Origin: Methanobacteriota archaeon
GTDB taxonomy: Archaea > Thermoplasmatota > Poseidoniia > Poseidoniales > Poseidoniaceae
Direction of reading: 5' to 3'
DNA: 64,000 bases
NCBI GenBank assembly: GCA_002722615.1
Contig: PBMQ01000007.1
Coordinates: forward strand, 29,228-93,227
The notes under the pieces were generated by a model. It searched no databases, had not been told where the DNA came from, and worked only from the letters and a program-made list of their open reading frames with translations. Both the position numbers and the translations under genes were made by a program. Positions 10,000-19,400 of this stretch are shown piece by piece; within the stretch, counting starts at the first letter, position 1, and each line of letters begins with the position of its first letter.

Positions 10000-10354
10000 T
10001 CCTCCTACGATGGCATTTCTTTGTCGAAGTGACCTACAACTTTCTCCGGGTAAGCTCGCAGTTCAATGTGCTCACGCTGCAGTCGAATCGTTACAACGTG
10101 CTAAGAAAACACATTCACGAATGGTGCATCGCTGGAAGGAAGGGTCGTCACGAAAAGTTTGCCTTGCAGTTGATGATGAGACAGAGTTGGAGTATTTCTT
10201 GGAGCTGGTACAAGAGGCATCCTTGCCGTTTGCATTGATCAAAGATGCGGGTTTGACAGAAGTTCCCCCTGGAACAGTGACTGTGCTCGGTATCGGTCCG
10301 GCACCGCGTCATACAATGGATTCGATACTTAGCGAACTCAAGGCCTACGAATGA
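9977..10354 (+). CDS. pth2: peptidyl-tRNA hydrolase, archaeal/eukaryotic type (Pth2), copy 1
   Basis: SDLQLSPGKLAVQCAHAAV, WKEGSSRKVCLAV and IKDAGLTEVPPGTVTVLGIGP are the Pth2 signature blocks. AGGAGA at 9971-9976 favours ATG 9983 as the start. Confidence 0.85.
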   Translation: MGMSALSDPPTMAFLCRSDLQLSPGKLAVQCAHAAVESLQRAKKTHSRMVHRWKEGSSRKVCLAVDDETELEYFLELVQEASLPFALIKDAGLTEVPPGTVTVLGIGPAPRHTMDSILSELKAYE

Positions 10355-10360
10355 GGTGAT
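10353..10360 (+). promoter_or_regulatory. Shine-Dalgarno (GAGGTGAT) for the second pth2 copy
   Basis: GAGGTGAT ends 3 nt upstream of ATG 10364. Confidence 0.6.
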
Positions 10361-10363
10361 ACA

Positions 10364-10783
10364 ATGGGATTTCGTAGTTTCTTGCATCGCATAACAGCGC
10401 CAAAAATTACAGCTTCTGTTCGCCGAGATCAATCGCTTAAAATGGTCTTTATTATCAATCATGAATTAAAAATGGGCAAGGGTAAAATCGCCGCTCAAGT
10501 TGGCCATGCAGCGGTTAAGGCAACACTCAAATCTGGAGAATTAAGGCCTGAATTACTCGATGCTTGGCTTTCGAGCGGACAAAAGAAAATCTGTGTCAAA
10601 GCTGTGGATGCTCCACATATTGAACAGATTGAAAATCAGGCGAAACAAGTTAATGTCCTAACTTCAAAGATTCACGATGCTGGGCATACGCAAATACCAG
10701 CAGGATCACTCACTGTGCTCGCATTGGGTCCAGATGAGGATGAGAAACTTGACAATTTAACTGGTGAGTTAAAATTACTCTAA
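10364..10783 (+). CDS. peptidyl-tRNA hydrolase Pth2 paralog, copy 2, with a ~26-aa N-terminal extension
   Basis: HELKMGKGKIAAQVGHAAV, WLSSGQKKICVKAV and IHDAGHTQIPAGSLTVLALGP are the same blocks as copy 1, at roughly one-third identity by eye. A GAGGTGAT SD lies at 10353-10360. Confidence 0.85.
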   Translation: MGFRSFLHRITAPKITASVRRDQSLKMVFIINHELKMGKGKIAAQVGHAAVKATLKSGELRPELLDAWLSSGQKKICVKAVDAPHIEQIENQAKQVNVLTSKIHDAGHTQIPAGSLTVLALGPDEDEKLDNLTGELKLL

Positions 10784-10821
10784 GTCGATTCCTTGAACAT
10801 GGGAAACTCTGTGGAGGGTCC

Positions 10822-11868
10822 ATGCGAGACGTTGTTTCTGACCGGATTGATTTGCGATCCGATACCGTTACCCAGCCAACAACAGGTATGAGACAAGCAA
10901 TGGCAAGCGCAGAAGTTGGAGACGATGTATTGGGCGACGACCCAACGGTTCAGAGACTTGAATCAATGGTTGCAGAGATGTGTGGTAAAGAAGCAGGACT
11001 CTTCGTCCCATCGGGGACAATGTCCAACGCTGTTGCATTGAAGACGCACACTGTACCTGGTGATGAGATTGTTACCGAACGATACAGCCACATCTATCTT
11101 TACGAAGGAGGGGGGTATGCTGCATTATGCGGATCGAGCATTGCTCTTCCAGAAGGAAACAATGGCCTCCTCACACCAGAACTTGTTAACAATGCTATTC
11201 GGAAGCAAAGTGGCTCACAATCACATTATCCAGACGGTAGCCTCGTATGTGTCGAGAACACAGCAAACCGCGGCGGAGGGACATGCTATGAACAGGACAC
11301 TCTCGATGCAATCGCAGAGGTAGCGAAGGCTAAGAATTGCTCAACACACATTGACGGAGCACGAATATTCAATGCAACTGTAGCGACTAATACTCCATTA
11401 CCGCGTATGACCAAAGAATATGACTCAGTTTCAATTTGTCTCTCGAAGGGTCTTGGGGCGCCTGTTGGATCTGTTCTTGTTGGTTCAAATGGGTTCATTG
11501 AACAAGCGCACAGATGGAGAAAGATGTTCGGCGGAGGAATGCGACAATCTGGTATTCTTGCCGCTGCAGGGATATATGCTCTTGAAAATAACATTGAACG
11601 AATGAAAGAGGATCATCGTCGAGCGAAAACCATTGCACAAGCCATTGATGAAATGGACCATGTATCAGTAGATGTTGATGCTGTTCAAACCAACATGGTG
11701 TACTTTTCATCGAACCAATATTCGGCAAGTGAAGTCTCTCAAAGAATGGCAGTAGCTGGTATCGACATGTTTGATATCTCGCCAACGCATTGCAGGATTG
11801 TAACACATCTTCACGTAACGGATGAAGATGTACAAAACGTCATACAAGCACTCTCCTCGCTTGCTTGA
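10822..11868 (+). CDS. ltaE: low-specificity L-threonine aldolase (PLP-dependent)
   Basis: IDLRSDTVTQPTTGMRQAM...GDDVLGDDPTVQRLE...LFVPSGTMSNAVAL and the later SICLSKGLGAPVGS (PLP-Lys region) are typical of LtaE. Confidence 0.85.
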   Translation: MRDVVSDRIDLRSDTVTQPTTGMRQAMASAEVGDDVLGDDPTVQRLESMVAEMCGKEAGLFVPSGTMSNAVALKTHTVPGDEIVTERYSHIYLYEGGGYAALCGSSIALPEGNNGLLTPELVNNAIRKQSGSQSHYPDGSLVCVENTANRGGGTCYEQDTLDAIAEVAKAKNCSTHIDGARIFNATVATNTPLPRMTKEYDSVSICLSKGLGAPVGSVLVGSNGFIEQAHRWRKMFGGGMRQSGILAAAGIYALENNIERMKEDHRRAKTIAQAIDEMDHVSVDVDAVQTNMVYFSSNQYSASEVSQRMAVAGIDMFDISPTHCRIVTHLHVTDEDVQNVIQALSSLA

Positions 11869-11900
11869 AACTTTTTAACACCTCGACAACCAAATCTAAC

Positions 11901-14141
11901 ATGATTGGGGAAGCCTGCGGCATCTGCCAAAATGAAGAAATTGAAACAAACTGCTCAATCTGCATCCGCTGTGTTGAGTTAACTGAGGAGAGTAAATGGG
12001 CTCCATCGTTGCCTTTAGAAGTCCATCAACGCATGACTGATGTATTGGGTGGGCCCGTGCGTTCTTTGCGTAAACGTTGGGGAAATCTGGAACGATTTAT
12101 GGATCACACTCCGGATGTTGATTGGGCCAGACTCGAGGATTCGGACATGGACCCGGTACGAATCTCACCGTTTCCCGAGGAAGAAGGCAAAATTTTCGTT
12201 GAAAAATTGGAGAAAAGGAGTGGGTATTCAGGGTACGAAAAAGAACTTCTTGAGGAGGGATTTGTCATGTGGGATGGAACACTACTCTCGTTTGTTGACG
12301 GACGGATGTGCATTGACGGTCGTTCACATGAAGCGAGAATTCCAACCGAACAATATCTCCTCCTCCTCATGAACCCAGAGCAACGGAAAGGTTGGGACCT
12401 TGTCAAATTGTATTTGTCCTTAAGTGGGCTGTTTCAGAGGCTTGATCCATTTGATCGGCCACAACGATACATGCATCGTTACCATCGATTGTTTGGACAA
12501 ATTCAGCGAGAGCTCCTCTCGCCCTTCGATGCATTTGTCCAATCGTCATTCCTCCTTGATCACAATGAACGCCGGAAAAAGAAATTACCGTACTTAGAGG
12601 AGCAAAGGTGGTCAACTGAACTCATGAATCGACTTTCTCGCTGCAGCAGACCACGACAAAAGATGAAATTAGCACGACGCTTTGTAAGGAACGGCGAGAA
12701 TAAATCAATCCCTCCTTCGAGATGGCCTTGGGTTCAACGCTGGATAGAACTTGACGACCAAGTTCAGCATGCAAATGTGAGCTATCCTTTCATGGTTAAC
12801 GCAAAAGGAAACCTCTGTTTTCGGACGCTGACAAAAAACGGCAGTGTTCGCAGGGCACAGATCCCATTTTCACCTTGTTTGCTCGCTGGACTGATTTCTT
12901 GGGGGTCTTCACCGCACGCTTCCAAAGAGGGAGAGTGGCTCATTGCTGCTCAAATGAACTGGTCAGCTCCATATCAAAATTCAGAAACCGCTGATGAACC
13001 ATTTCGCCGTTCGATGCAATTCTTACGGGGCGTTCTCCAGCAATTCCCGAATGATACATGGGTATATGGAGAACGGTTGTTGGTTCGCGGAATGTTAGGG
13101 CATTTTTACGAAATCCGGATTAACAGAGGGGCCCATAATGCGCCATTCAAGATTCATGGAGTAGGAAGGCGGTCGACTCATCGTCATTCAATTTGCATTC
13201 ACACTGGAAATTATCACCGAGATATTCCAATTGGTGACACCATTGCGATTGTCGTCCTCTCCCTCCTTTCGGATGTTAATACTTCAACGCGGGTCAATAG
13301 TTTGCAAATGCATTTGATGACCCAACCTCCGATAGGCTCCCCACAACAAAATACGGGTGCCAATCCGCGTGAATTCTACAAATCAGGACACAAAACATTC
13401 CGTTTTCAACAATACCATATCTTTCATCACGAGGAGGATTCCCAAGGCGCTATCGATCTCGATTCGTTGGAGCTGATGTCCGATGAGGCTATTCTTGAGG
13501 ATTGGAAACTAAGGCCTGTAGGCGATGCCAGTTTTGTTCCACCTGGCCATCTTAATCCAGATTACGATTTTGAATTTGATGAAAATCGTATCTTTGAAGG
13601 AGATTTCTACGAAGCTCGAAGACGTGAACGACCAATTTTTCAACAGATACGCGATCAAATCCTCATTGTTCGTAATCCACCAGAACCTCGCAATCCTGTT
13701 GATGATGAGCCTCAAAGGCAGGACGATCAATTCCATCGCTGGTACCGAACGATGCCTCTGGTATGGGAAGCACTCTCTTTGCAACCGATTGGCCATCAGG
13801 TCGAATTGGGGGGGGTACGTGGTTTGTTTCGAATGCAAGGTTGTCGACTCCGCCTCACCATTCGTTCTGCTCAAGAAGAAGATGCTCTCCGCCGAATTCT
13901 CGAAATATTAGGATACAGGCATGCTCGCTATCGGGATTTGAATCAAGTCTATGTTCGTCGGGATTTTCCGATAGCAGATCCAAGACAAGCTCTGCGGGAA
14001 TTGATGCAACCGATGACTGAAGAATTCGGTTTTGCAAACATCGATGATTATGTTCTCCGTTTCATCGAGGTTGGCCGGCCTCCGGACAGAATGCCTGATG
14101 TCGATGCAAGACTGAATGCAAACATGGTGGATTTCTACTGA
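11901..14141 (+). CDS. hypothetical protein, 746 aa, with an N-terminal Cys-cluster (zinc-ribbon-like); basic and aromatic-rich
   Basis: It is a long uninterrupted ORF with no competing ORF. The N-terminus reads CGICQNEEIETNCSICIRC (CxxC-x10-CxxCxxC). It has no TM segments and I recognise no catalytic motif. The track ORF starts at TTG 11865, overlapping the ltaE stop; the first ATG is 11901. Confidence 0.6.
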   Translation: MIGEACGICQNEEIETNCSICIRCVELTEESKWAPSLPLEVHQRMTDVLGGPVRSLRKRWGNLERFMDHTPDVDWARLEDSDMDPVRISPFPEEEGKIFVEKLEKRSGYSGYEKELLEEGFVMWDGTLLSFVDGRMCIDGRSHEARIPTEQYLLLLMNPEQRKGWDLVKLYLSLSGLFQRLDPFDRPQRYMHRYHRLFGQIQRELLSPFDAFVQSSFLLDHNERRKKKLPYLEEQRWSTELMNRLSRCSRPRQKMKLARRFVRNGENKSIPPSRWPWVQRWIELDDQVQHANVSYPFMVNAKGNLCFRTLTKNGSVRRAQIPFSPCLLAGLISWGSSPHASKEGEWLIAAQMNWSAPYQNSETADEPFRRSMQFLRGVLQQFPNDTWVYGERLLVRGMLGHFYEIRINRGAHNAPFKIHGVGRRSTHRHSICIHTGNYHRDIPIGDTIAIVVLSLLSDVNTSTRVNSLQMHLMTQPPIGSPQQNTGANPREFYKSGHKTFRFQQYHIFHHEEDSQGAIDLDSLELMSDEAILEDWKLRPVGDASFVPPGHLNPDYDFEFDENRIFEGDFYEARRRERPIFQQIRDQILIVRNPPEPRNPVDDEPQRQDDQFHRWYRTMPLVWEALSLQPIGHQVELGGVRGLFRMQGCRLRLTIRSAQEEDALRRILEILGYRHARYRDLNQVYVRRDFPIADPRQALRELMQPMTEEFGFANIDDYVLRFIEVGRPPDRMPDVDARLNANMVDFY

Positions 14142-15028
14142 TTTTGACGTCGTAGAGCTACCGCAAGAATAGCAAGGACCGTTAACGGCATTGAAATGAA
14201 GGGAGTGTCTTCAGTAATAGGCTCTGGTTCCTCCTCTTCCTCAACCTTTGGCTCAATATATTCCTCAAACATGAGATGAACTTCAAGATCGTCACCATCA
14301 TAAGCATCAGCGTAATTGATATCCATTACATTTGCAAACATGCCCGAAGAATTCACCGTCCCTACATCAATGATTTCTCGAAGGACGTGAGGATAGTATT
14401 GCTGGTTGTTCGTACCTTCTGGGAAATAAGCCATTTTCTCAACCATCCACACAGTAACGTTGTATTTCTTGTCGGTTGAATGTTCGAAGATCCAACTTAC
14501 AGTACCACTGTTTGCTCCAGTGGGAGTCCAAGTCATTGAAATCATTCCTTCTCCAGCATCGTTTGGTCGCTGTGCAATTTCGGTGTAGTCACTAACCAAT
14601 GAGTCTCCTACAGGGTTGCTACCTGAAATGGCATACATGCCATTGAATCCAGCAACAGGAGGCTTCCATGGTGTGAAATCCCCGTACCTGTCTCGGAACC
14701 ATTGGTCAACAGACTCTGAGCCCAATGGATCTTCAGGATCGTAGATGTTGCGATGGACTGCATAGATTTGCATGTTGACATTGAGAGCAGCTTCTTCCAT
14801 TGCTTCTTCAACATCAACACAGTTGGAGCACCATGTTGCCGTATAGTCCTCAACGATAGCAGGGAGGTCAGCAAACGAACTATTCAGTTCAAACGATTCG
14901 TTGGTCATCCCATGAATCCCTCCAAGGAGTAACCCTGAATCAAGTTCCTCAACCTCAGCACCGGAAGTACTGGGTAACAGGCACAATAGCATCAGTGTTG
15001 CAATTCCAAGACCGATTAAACGAGACAT
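14135..15028 (-). CDS. secreted thioredoxin-like (WCxxC) protein with an acidic linker and a C-terminal TM anchor
   Basis: It has a signal peptide (MSRLIGLGIATLMLLCLLPSTSGAEVEE) and a thioredoxin-type motif (TATWCSNCVDVEEAM). An EEEEEPEP linker precedes the terminal hydrophobic helix MPLTVLAILAVAL, which is followed by RRQNQ. I chose ATG 15028; the track start at 15061 is TTG. Confidence 0.5.
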   Translation of the reverse strand: MSRLIGLGIATLMLLCLLPSTSGAEVEELDSGLLLGGIHGMTNESFELNSSFADLPAIVEDYTATWCSNCVDVEEAMEEAALNVNMQIYAVHRNIYDPEDPLGSESVDQWFRDRYGDFTPWKPPVAGFNGMYAISGSNPVGDSLVSDYTEIAQRPNDAGEGMISMTWTPTGANSGTVSWIFEHSTDKKYNVTVWMVEKMAYFPEGTNNQQYYPHVLREIIDVGTVNSSGMFANVMDINYADAYDGDDLEVHLMFEEYIEPKVEEEEEPEPITEDTPFISMPLTVLAILAVALRRQNQ

Positions 15029-15073
15029 GATTAACGGATAAACTGCCCCCTTATGAGACAATCCATCAACTGC

Positions 15074-16147
15074 TCAATACTCCTTCTGTAGGACCCCAAA
15101 GTCGACGATTTCTCCAGATGCTACTTTCTTCAAGAGTGCCTTCAGACGATTCTTGATTGTGTTTCTGCATCGGCCGATGGCGTCAGCAATCTTCTCCAAT
15201 CGCCCCTGTTCGACACCAAATGCTTCACATGAAATTTGGAAAAGGATTGCACAAAGAACTCGAGCCTCAAGGTTTTCATTGGAAAACGGGGAGCCATCAA
15301 CTGTTGGTTCGCCAAGCAAGAGAAGTCTCTGCTTGTAATCGTCAAGGATTCTTGTCTTCAACTCATCATCAAGACCGTCGAGAAGCTTCTTGAGGGCCAA
15401 GTTTGTGTTCTCAATCTCAAGGGTTCGAATTCGTTCCAAGACGGTCTTTCTGTCAACTCTCTTCTCAATGAGTCCAGCCTTTTGACAGATGTTGAGATAC
15501 TTCGCGATAACGAGGGCTGCTGCGGCAACCTGAGACATTGACAAACCAGTTCCTTTGAGCATTTGTTGCCAATCAATGTTGATTCGACCAGTCCAATCTT
15601 GGTATGCTTTTAGGCAAGCAAGTGCAAGCAATTTCTCGTTGTTTGTTGTGCTTCCGCCACGAGTCTTCTTTCTGCAAACGGAATTCTTTGGGAGCTTGAT
15701 CTCCGCGTCACCAGCGGCTTTTTCCAAAGCAATCTTCTCATCACCCTCGAGTGGAACGGTGGAAAGCGTAATCACTTTCTTTGCCTTCATGGCGTTGTCC
15801 TTGCCTGCTAACTTCTTTGCAGCGTCCATGGTAGCTTGCGCCATTGGATGAAGGTCTTTGGCATCCTGGGCGTGAAGTTGACTAAGGATTTTCCATTTGC
15901 CTTTTGCTTCACCAGGCTTCCCAATGTAAGACCCGAGTCCATTTCCTTTTGTCCCGGTCTTAATTTTTGACTCGTCTTTCGTAGGGGTGTTGGATGCTCC
16001 TTCGCCCCACATGCTTCCAGCATTGTCGTTTTGACCAGCCGACGCTTTATCATCGACGACGAGCCCACAGTCATTGCAGACAACCTCACCTCGGATGATA
16101 TCCGTTTTCAAGTCATTACTGCCACATTCTTCACACTTTTTCATCAT
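15074..16147 (-). CDS. tfb: divergent transcription factor B (TFB/TFIIB)-like protein
   Basis: The N-terminal Zn ribbon reads CEECGSNDLKTDIIRGEVVCNDCG. The C-terminal HTH (LEKIADAIGRCRNTIKNRLKALLKK) resembles the TFB cyclin-2 terminal helix-turn-helix (..TIRNRYKEL..). A long Gly/Lys/Ala-rich linker lies between them. The ATG-ATG start at 16147 is preceded by GGAGGA (16155-16160, minus strand). Confidence 0.7.
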   Translation of the reverse strand: MMKKCEECGSNDLKTDIIRGEVVCNDCGLVVDDKASAGQNDNAGSMWGEGASNTPTKDESKIKTGTKGNGLGSYIGKPGEAKGKWKILSQLHAQDAKDLHPMAQATMDAAKKLAGKDNAMKAKKVITLSTVPLEGDEKIALEKAAGDAEIKLPKNSVCRKKTRGGSTTNNEKLLALACLKAYQDWTGRINIDWQQMLKGTGLSMSQVAAAALVIAKYLNICQKAGLIEKRVDRKTVLERIRTLEIENTNLALKKLLDGLDDELKTRILDDYKQRLLLLGEPTVDGSPFSNENLEARVLCAILFQISCEAFGVEQGRLEKIADAIGRCRNTIKNRLKALLKKVASGEIVDFGVLQKEY

Positions 16148-16441
16148 TTTTTTGTCCTCCTTGTTTCGTTTTATTACAACATGATTAAGTCCGGCCGAGA
16201 AGTGGACAAGTTGGCGGGAAGGCCGGAACGACACGCTGGAATATATTTATGAACGCCGTCCTATTTAAATCCTAGGATTCATATTTGATTTGGAGAATAA
16301 CAAGAACCTTTCATGTTCAAAAATACGTTATCCGTCATAACGGAGAGAACTTGAACGCCCAAGCCGAACGTCCAAAAAATAACAAAACTTTAGATGCGTT
16401 CACTTTTATACCGTCGTTCTTCATGAAGAAGAACGGGAGGG
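16148..16441. promoter_or_regulatory. largest intergenic region (294 bp): divergent promoter region between the TFB-like gene and the AddB-like gene
   Basis: The region is AT-rich. TATA-like elements are atatatttat (16241-16250), tatttaaat (16262-16270, which reads TTTAAATA on the minus strand) and ttttata (16404-16410, ~30 bp before the addB-like start). Hairpins are cgttat-ccgtc-ataacg (~16335-16351) and cgttcttc-atgaa-gaagaacg (16415-16435), the latter abutting GGGAGG (16435-16440) and TTG 16442. Confidence 0.35.
16155..16160 (-). promoter_or_regulatory. Shine-Dalgarno (GGAGGA) for the TFB-like gene
   Basis: The plus-strand sequence tcctcc at 16155-16160 reads GGAGGA on the minus strand, 7 nt upstream of ATG 16147. 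Confidence 0.6.
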
Positions 16442-19400
16442 TTGGCATTGCATATCACAGTTGAAACAACTCTTTCTGACAATACTGTGCCTTCTTGGTT
16501 GCTTGATGGAATCTCAAATGGACAGGATGATGTACTGGTCATTTACCCAAATGAAGCAACACGTTCTTCATCGATTCAAACCATACTAGAGCAATCAGGT
16601 TCAGTCGATTCAAGCAGGCATACAACACTGTCTCGTTTGATCAAGTCATTGTCAATGGACTTCCGCCTCCCAGTGGTTGTTCCAAAATCCGTGGCAGGAC
16701 TTATTCAGGTCCATGACAAATTTGCAGATGCGGCTTTGAAACATAGATTCCCTCGTCTCCATCCAGATGTTACACGCCCTTGGACGAGTTCGAAGACTGA
16801 GCGCTTACTTTCTCTCCATTCCTATGCAATTGAACATCAGATACTCTCCCGCTGGGAAGGTGATCCCGGAGCACTGGAGGCTGATCGTCTTTTAACTTCG
16901 TTTACGGATGAAGGACTCATTCACGAGCACCACGTCCTCCCTCACCTGTGCGCTGCTCTCACCAATAGCGAACTCAACATGCCGTATACCATTGGGACGG
17001 TATCTGGAATTATTCTTCTCAACCACCCGCCTGACTTTTCTGAGATCCAGAAGAGGTTCATCAAAGCGCTCTCGTCCCGGCGACCTTTACACCATCTTTG
17101 CGTGGCGGGTTCTTTCCGTCTTGGCTATCATGGAGCATACATTGACGATGACATAACGCCAATAAAGGGCAAATCCGAACTACCATCTTGGATCACAGAT
17201 CATGAAATCTTTTTACAAAAGCCCGATGATGATTACGCGACAGAAGGGGTTCACATCATCCGTTTTGAACAAGCATCACAAGTAATGGACGCTGCAATTT
17301 CAACCATCAAACTTTACAAATCCAATTCTGAGGGAGTTGTTCTTCTCATCGATGCTGACAAACACCGACATCAAGAATGGTCACAACGACTACAGCAAAT
17401 TGGTATTACATGTGATGTGGATGTGGGAAGCGTTGACAAAACATCTGCTGTGCAAGCAATTCTCCGTTACCTGGCAATTTCACGAGGCCAAGATGCTTGG
17501 TCAGCTACAAAATTGTTCGACATTATCCAAGCCCAAGCATTTCCCATTCTAGAGAATCTCTTCTCTGACCTCGTGCATCCAGTACATCCTGATTGGCGTC
17601 CACGACCACATCTTGACGTGCTGGAGAATATCGGCAGAAGCTTCCACGTTCTTGGAGGCAAAGGAGCCTTGCAGCGATGGCTCGGGTCATTGGCCTCTGC
17701 TCAACCGTATTCGATGGAGGCATTCAGGAGAGAACATGAATCTCGGGCACTTGAAGAAACTCAGTGGTGGTTACAGTGTTTAGCAACGGCGTGGGCAGCT
17801 CTTTTGGACGAAAACGAGAAGAATTATCTCGTTCAAGAATTTACTGGAACGACTTCGAAGGTCCAACTTCCCCTTCCTAAGACAAGTAAAACCCCAAGAG
17901 ATGTTCTTACGACAATCCTCGAGGCTTGCAGTTGGGAAAATCTCTTCGATAGAACACAACGATACGATGAATCAGTTGGTGCAGTACAGACCTGGGTCCG
18001 CTTAATTGACTCTCTAATTATGTACGATTCAACAATTGAATTTGTTGAACTTTGCCGGTTGGCATCCATTCAGACCAAACTTCCTTCGAAGAGAACGAAG
18101 CATGCGGATGTCCTAATCTGTACGCCAGAACAAGCATATGGAATTCAATCAGAAATCACAATGCTCGTTGGGCTTAACGCAGAATCTTGGTCCATGAAGC
18201 CAAAGCGAATTCCTTGGATCGATGATTCAGTTCGCGTAGAATTAGGATTGAGCGATGGAGATCTCCCCATTCGCCGGGCGCGTCACCTGTTCAAATCCAT
18301 CATCAATACAAGTCAACAATCCATACTTTTCGATACAGAATTTGATGAATCGGCAGGCAATTCAACACCGATAGTTGAGTATCTTTCGATGGTTGAACTC
18401 AAAGGTGAGTTACGGAAAATCGCAGTAACTCCTTCGTTCCTTGAGAAGAAACTCTCGGATGGTGCAGGGTGGTCAATCATGACGCGAGACAACGGGAATT
18501 GGCTGACATATCGAACCTCCACTTTGACGTTGAGTGGCCATGAAGTCTTCCTCGAACGGGCCGAAGATTTGCAAAGAGATCGTCAACAACAGGCAGGACT
18601 TGAATTACGCGCAATGCGCCCGCCAACGTCTCAAATTCACTCACCTCACACCCTTGCAAGTCGATATGAACGGGACATCAATCTCGATAGATTCCGCCGA
18701 CAAAGAAAATTCAAACCACTAGAAAACAACGCAACTATGGATTGGGAATTACGTGAAAATCTACTCACCACATCAGGTCTAGTAATTGATCCAACCACCT
18801 CACAGGCAGAACTATTTGGAAGCAGAATTGCAATTTCATATCCGCACCTTGGCTTCAAAAAAAATGGGAGGTCGAGAAGTCCCTCCATCGATCCAAGGCC
18901 GCTTCCCCCGCCAAATTTTCCTTCGGAAAGTATGAATGTAATTCTTTCAACTCAACCAACTGAAAATGATTCCAAGATATGGTCAACGAGTCGGTTGACC
19001 CCATGGTTCATCTGTCCGAGGAAGGCATGGATGGAACAAACGTTACGGGCTACTGAACCTTCACCAGAGCCTTCAGAAGACATTGCTCCGTTGACCAAAG
19101 GGACTCTCGTTCACTCGATAGAGGAACACATCATGACACTTCTCGGTGTAGAAGTAGGGGGCGATCCCTTACAGCAACCCATTCCTTTGCACACTGGTAC
19201 AGTTCTCTCAAATCAAGAAATGTGGGAAAGCATCCTAGGTAAATTATCCGAAATCGCTCCATGGCTCGCAAGAACAAATGCAGTTTCAGTTCATCGTTGT
19301 AACGACTTAATTGGGTGTTCACCAGAACAATGGAATGGCTGGTTGGAAGGAAATGAACACCTTCCAATCGGAGGTCGTTTGGGACGACTCCTCTCAGCTG

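Noticed and set aside
16235-16441. Checked the largest non-coding stretch for a tRNA or other structured RNA gene
   Set aside because: It holds only two short AT-rich hairpins and TATA-like boxes. It shows no cloverleaf-compatible stems or conserved T-loop (GTTCRANYC) sequence.
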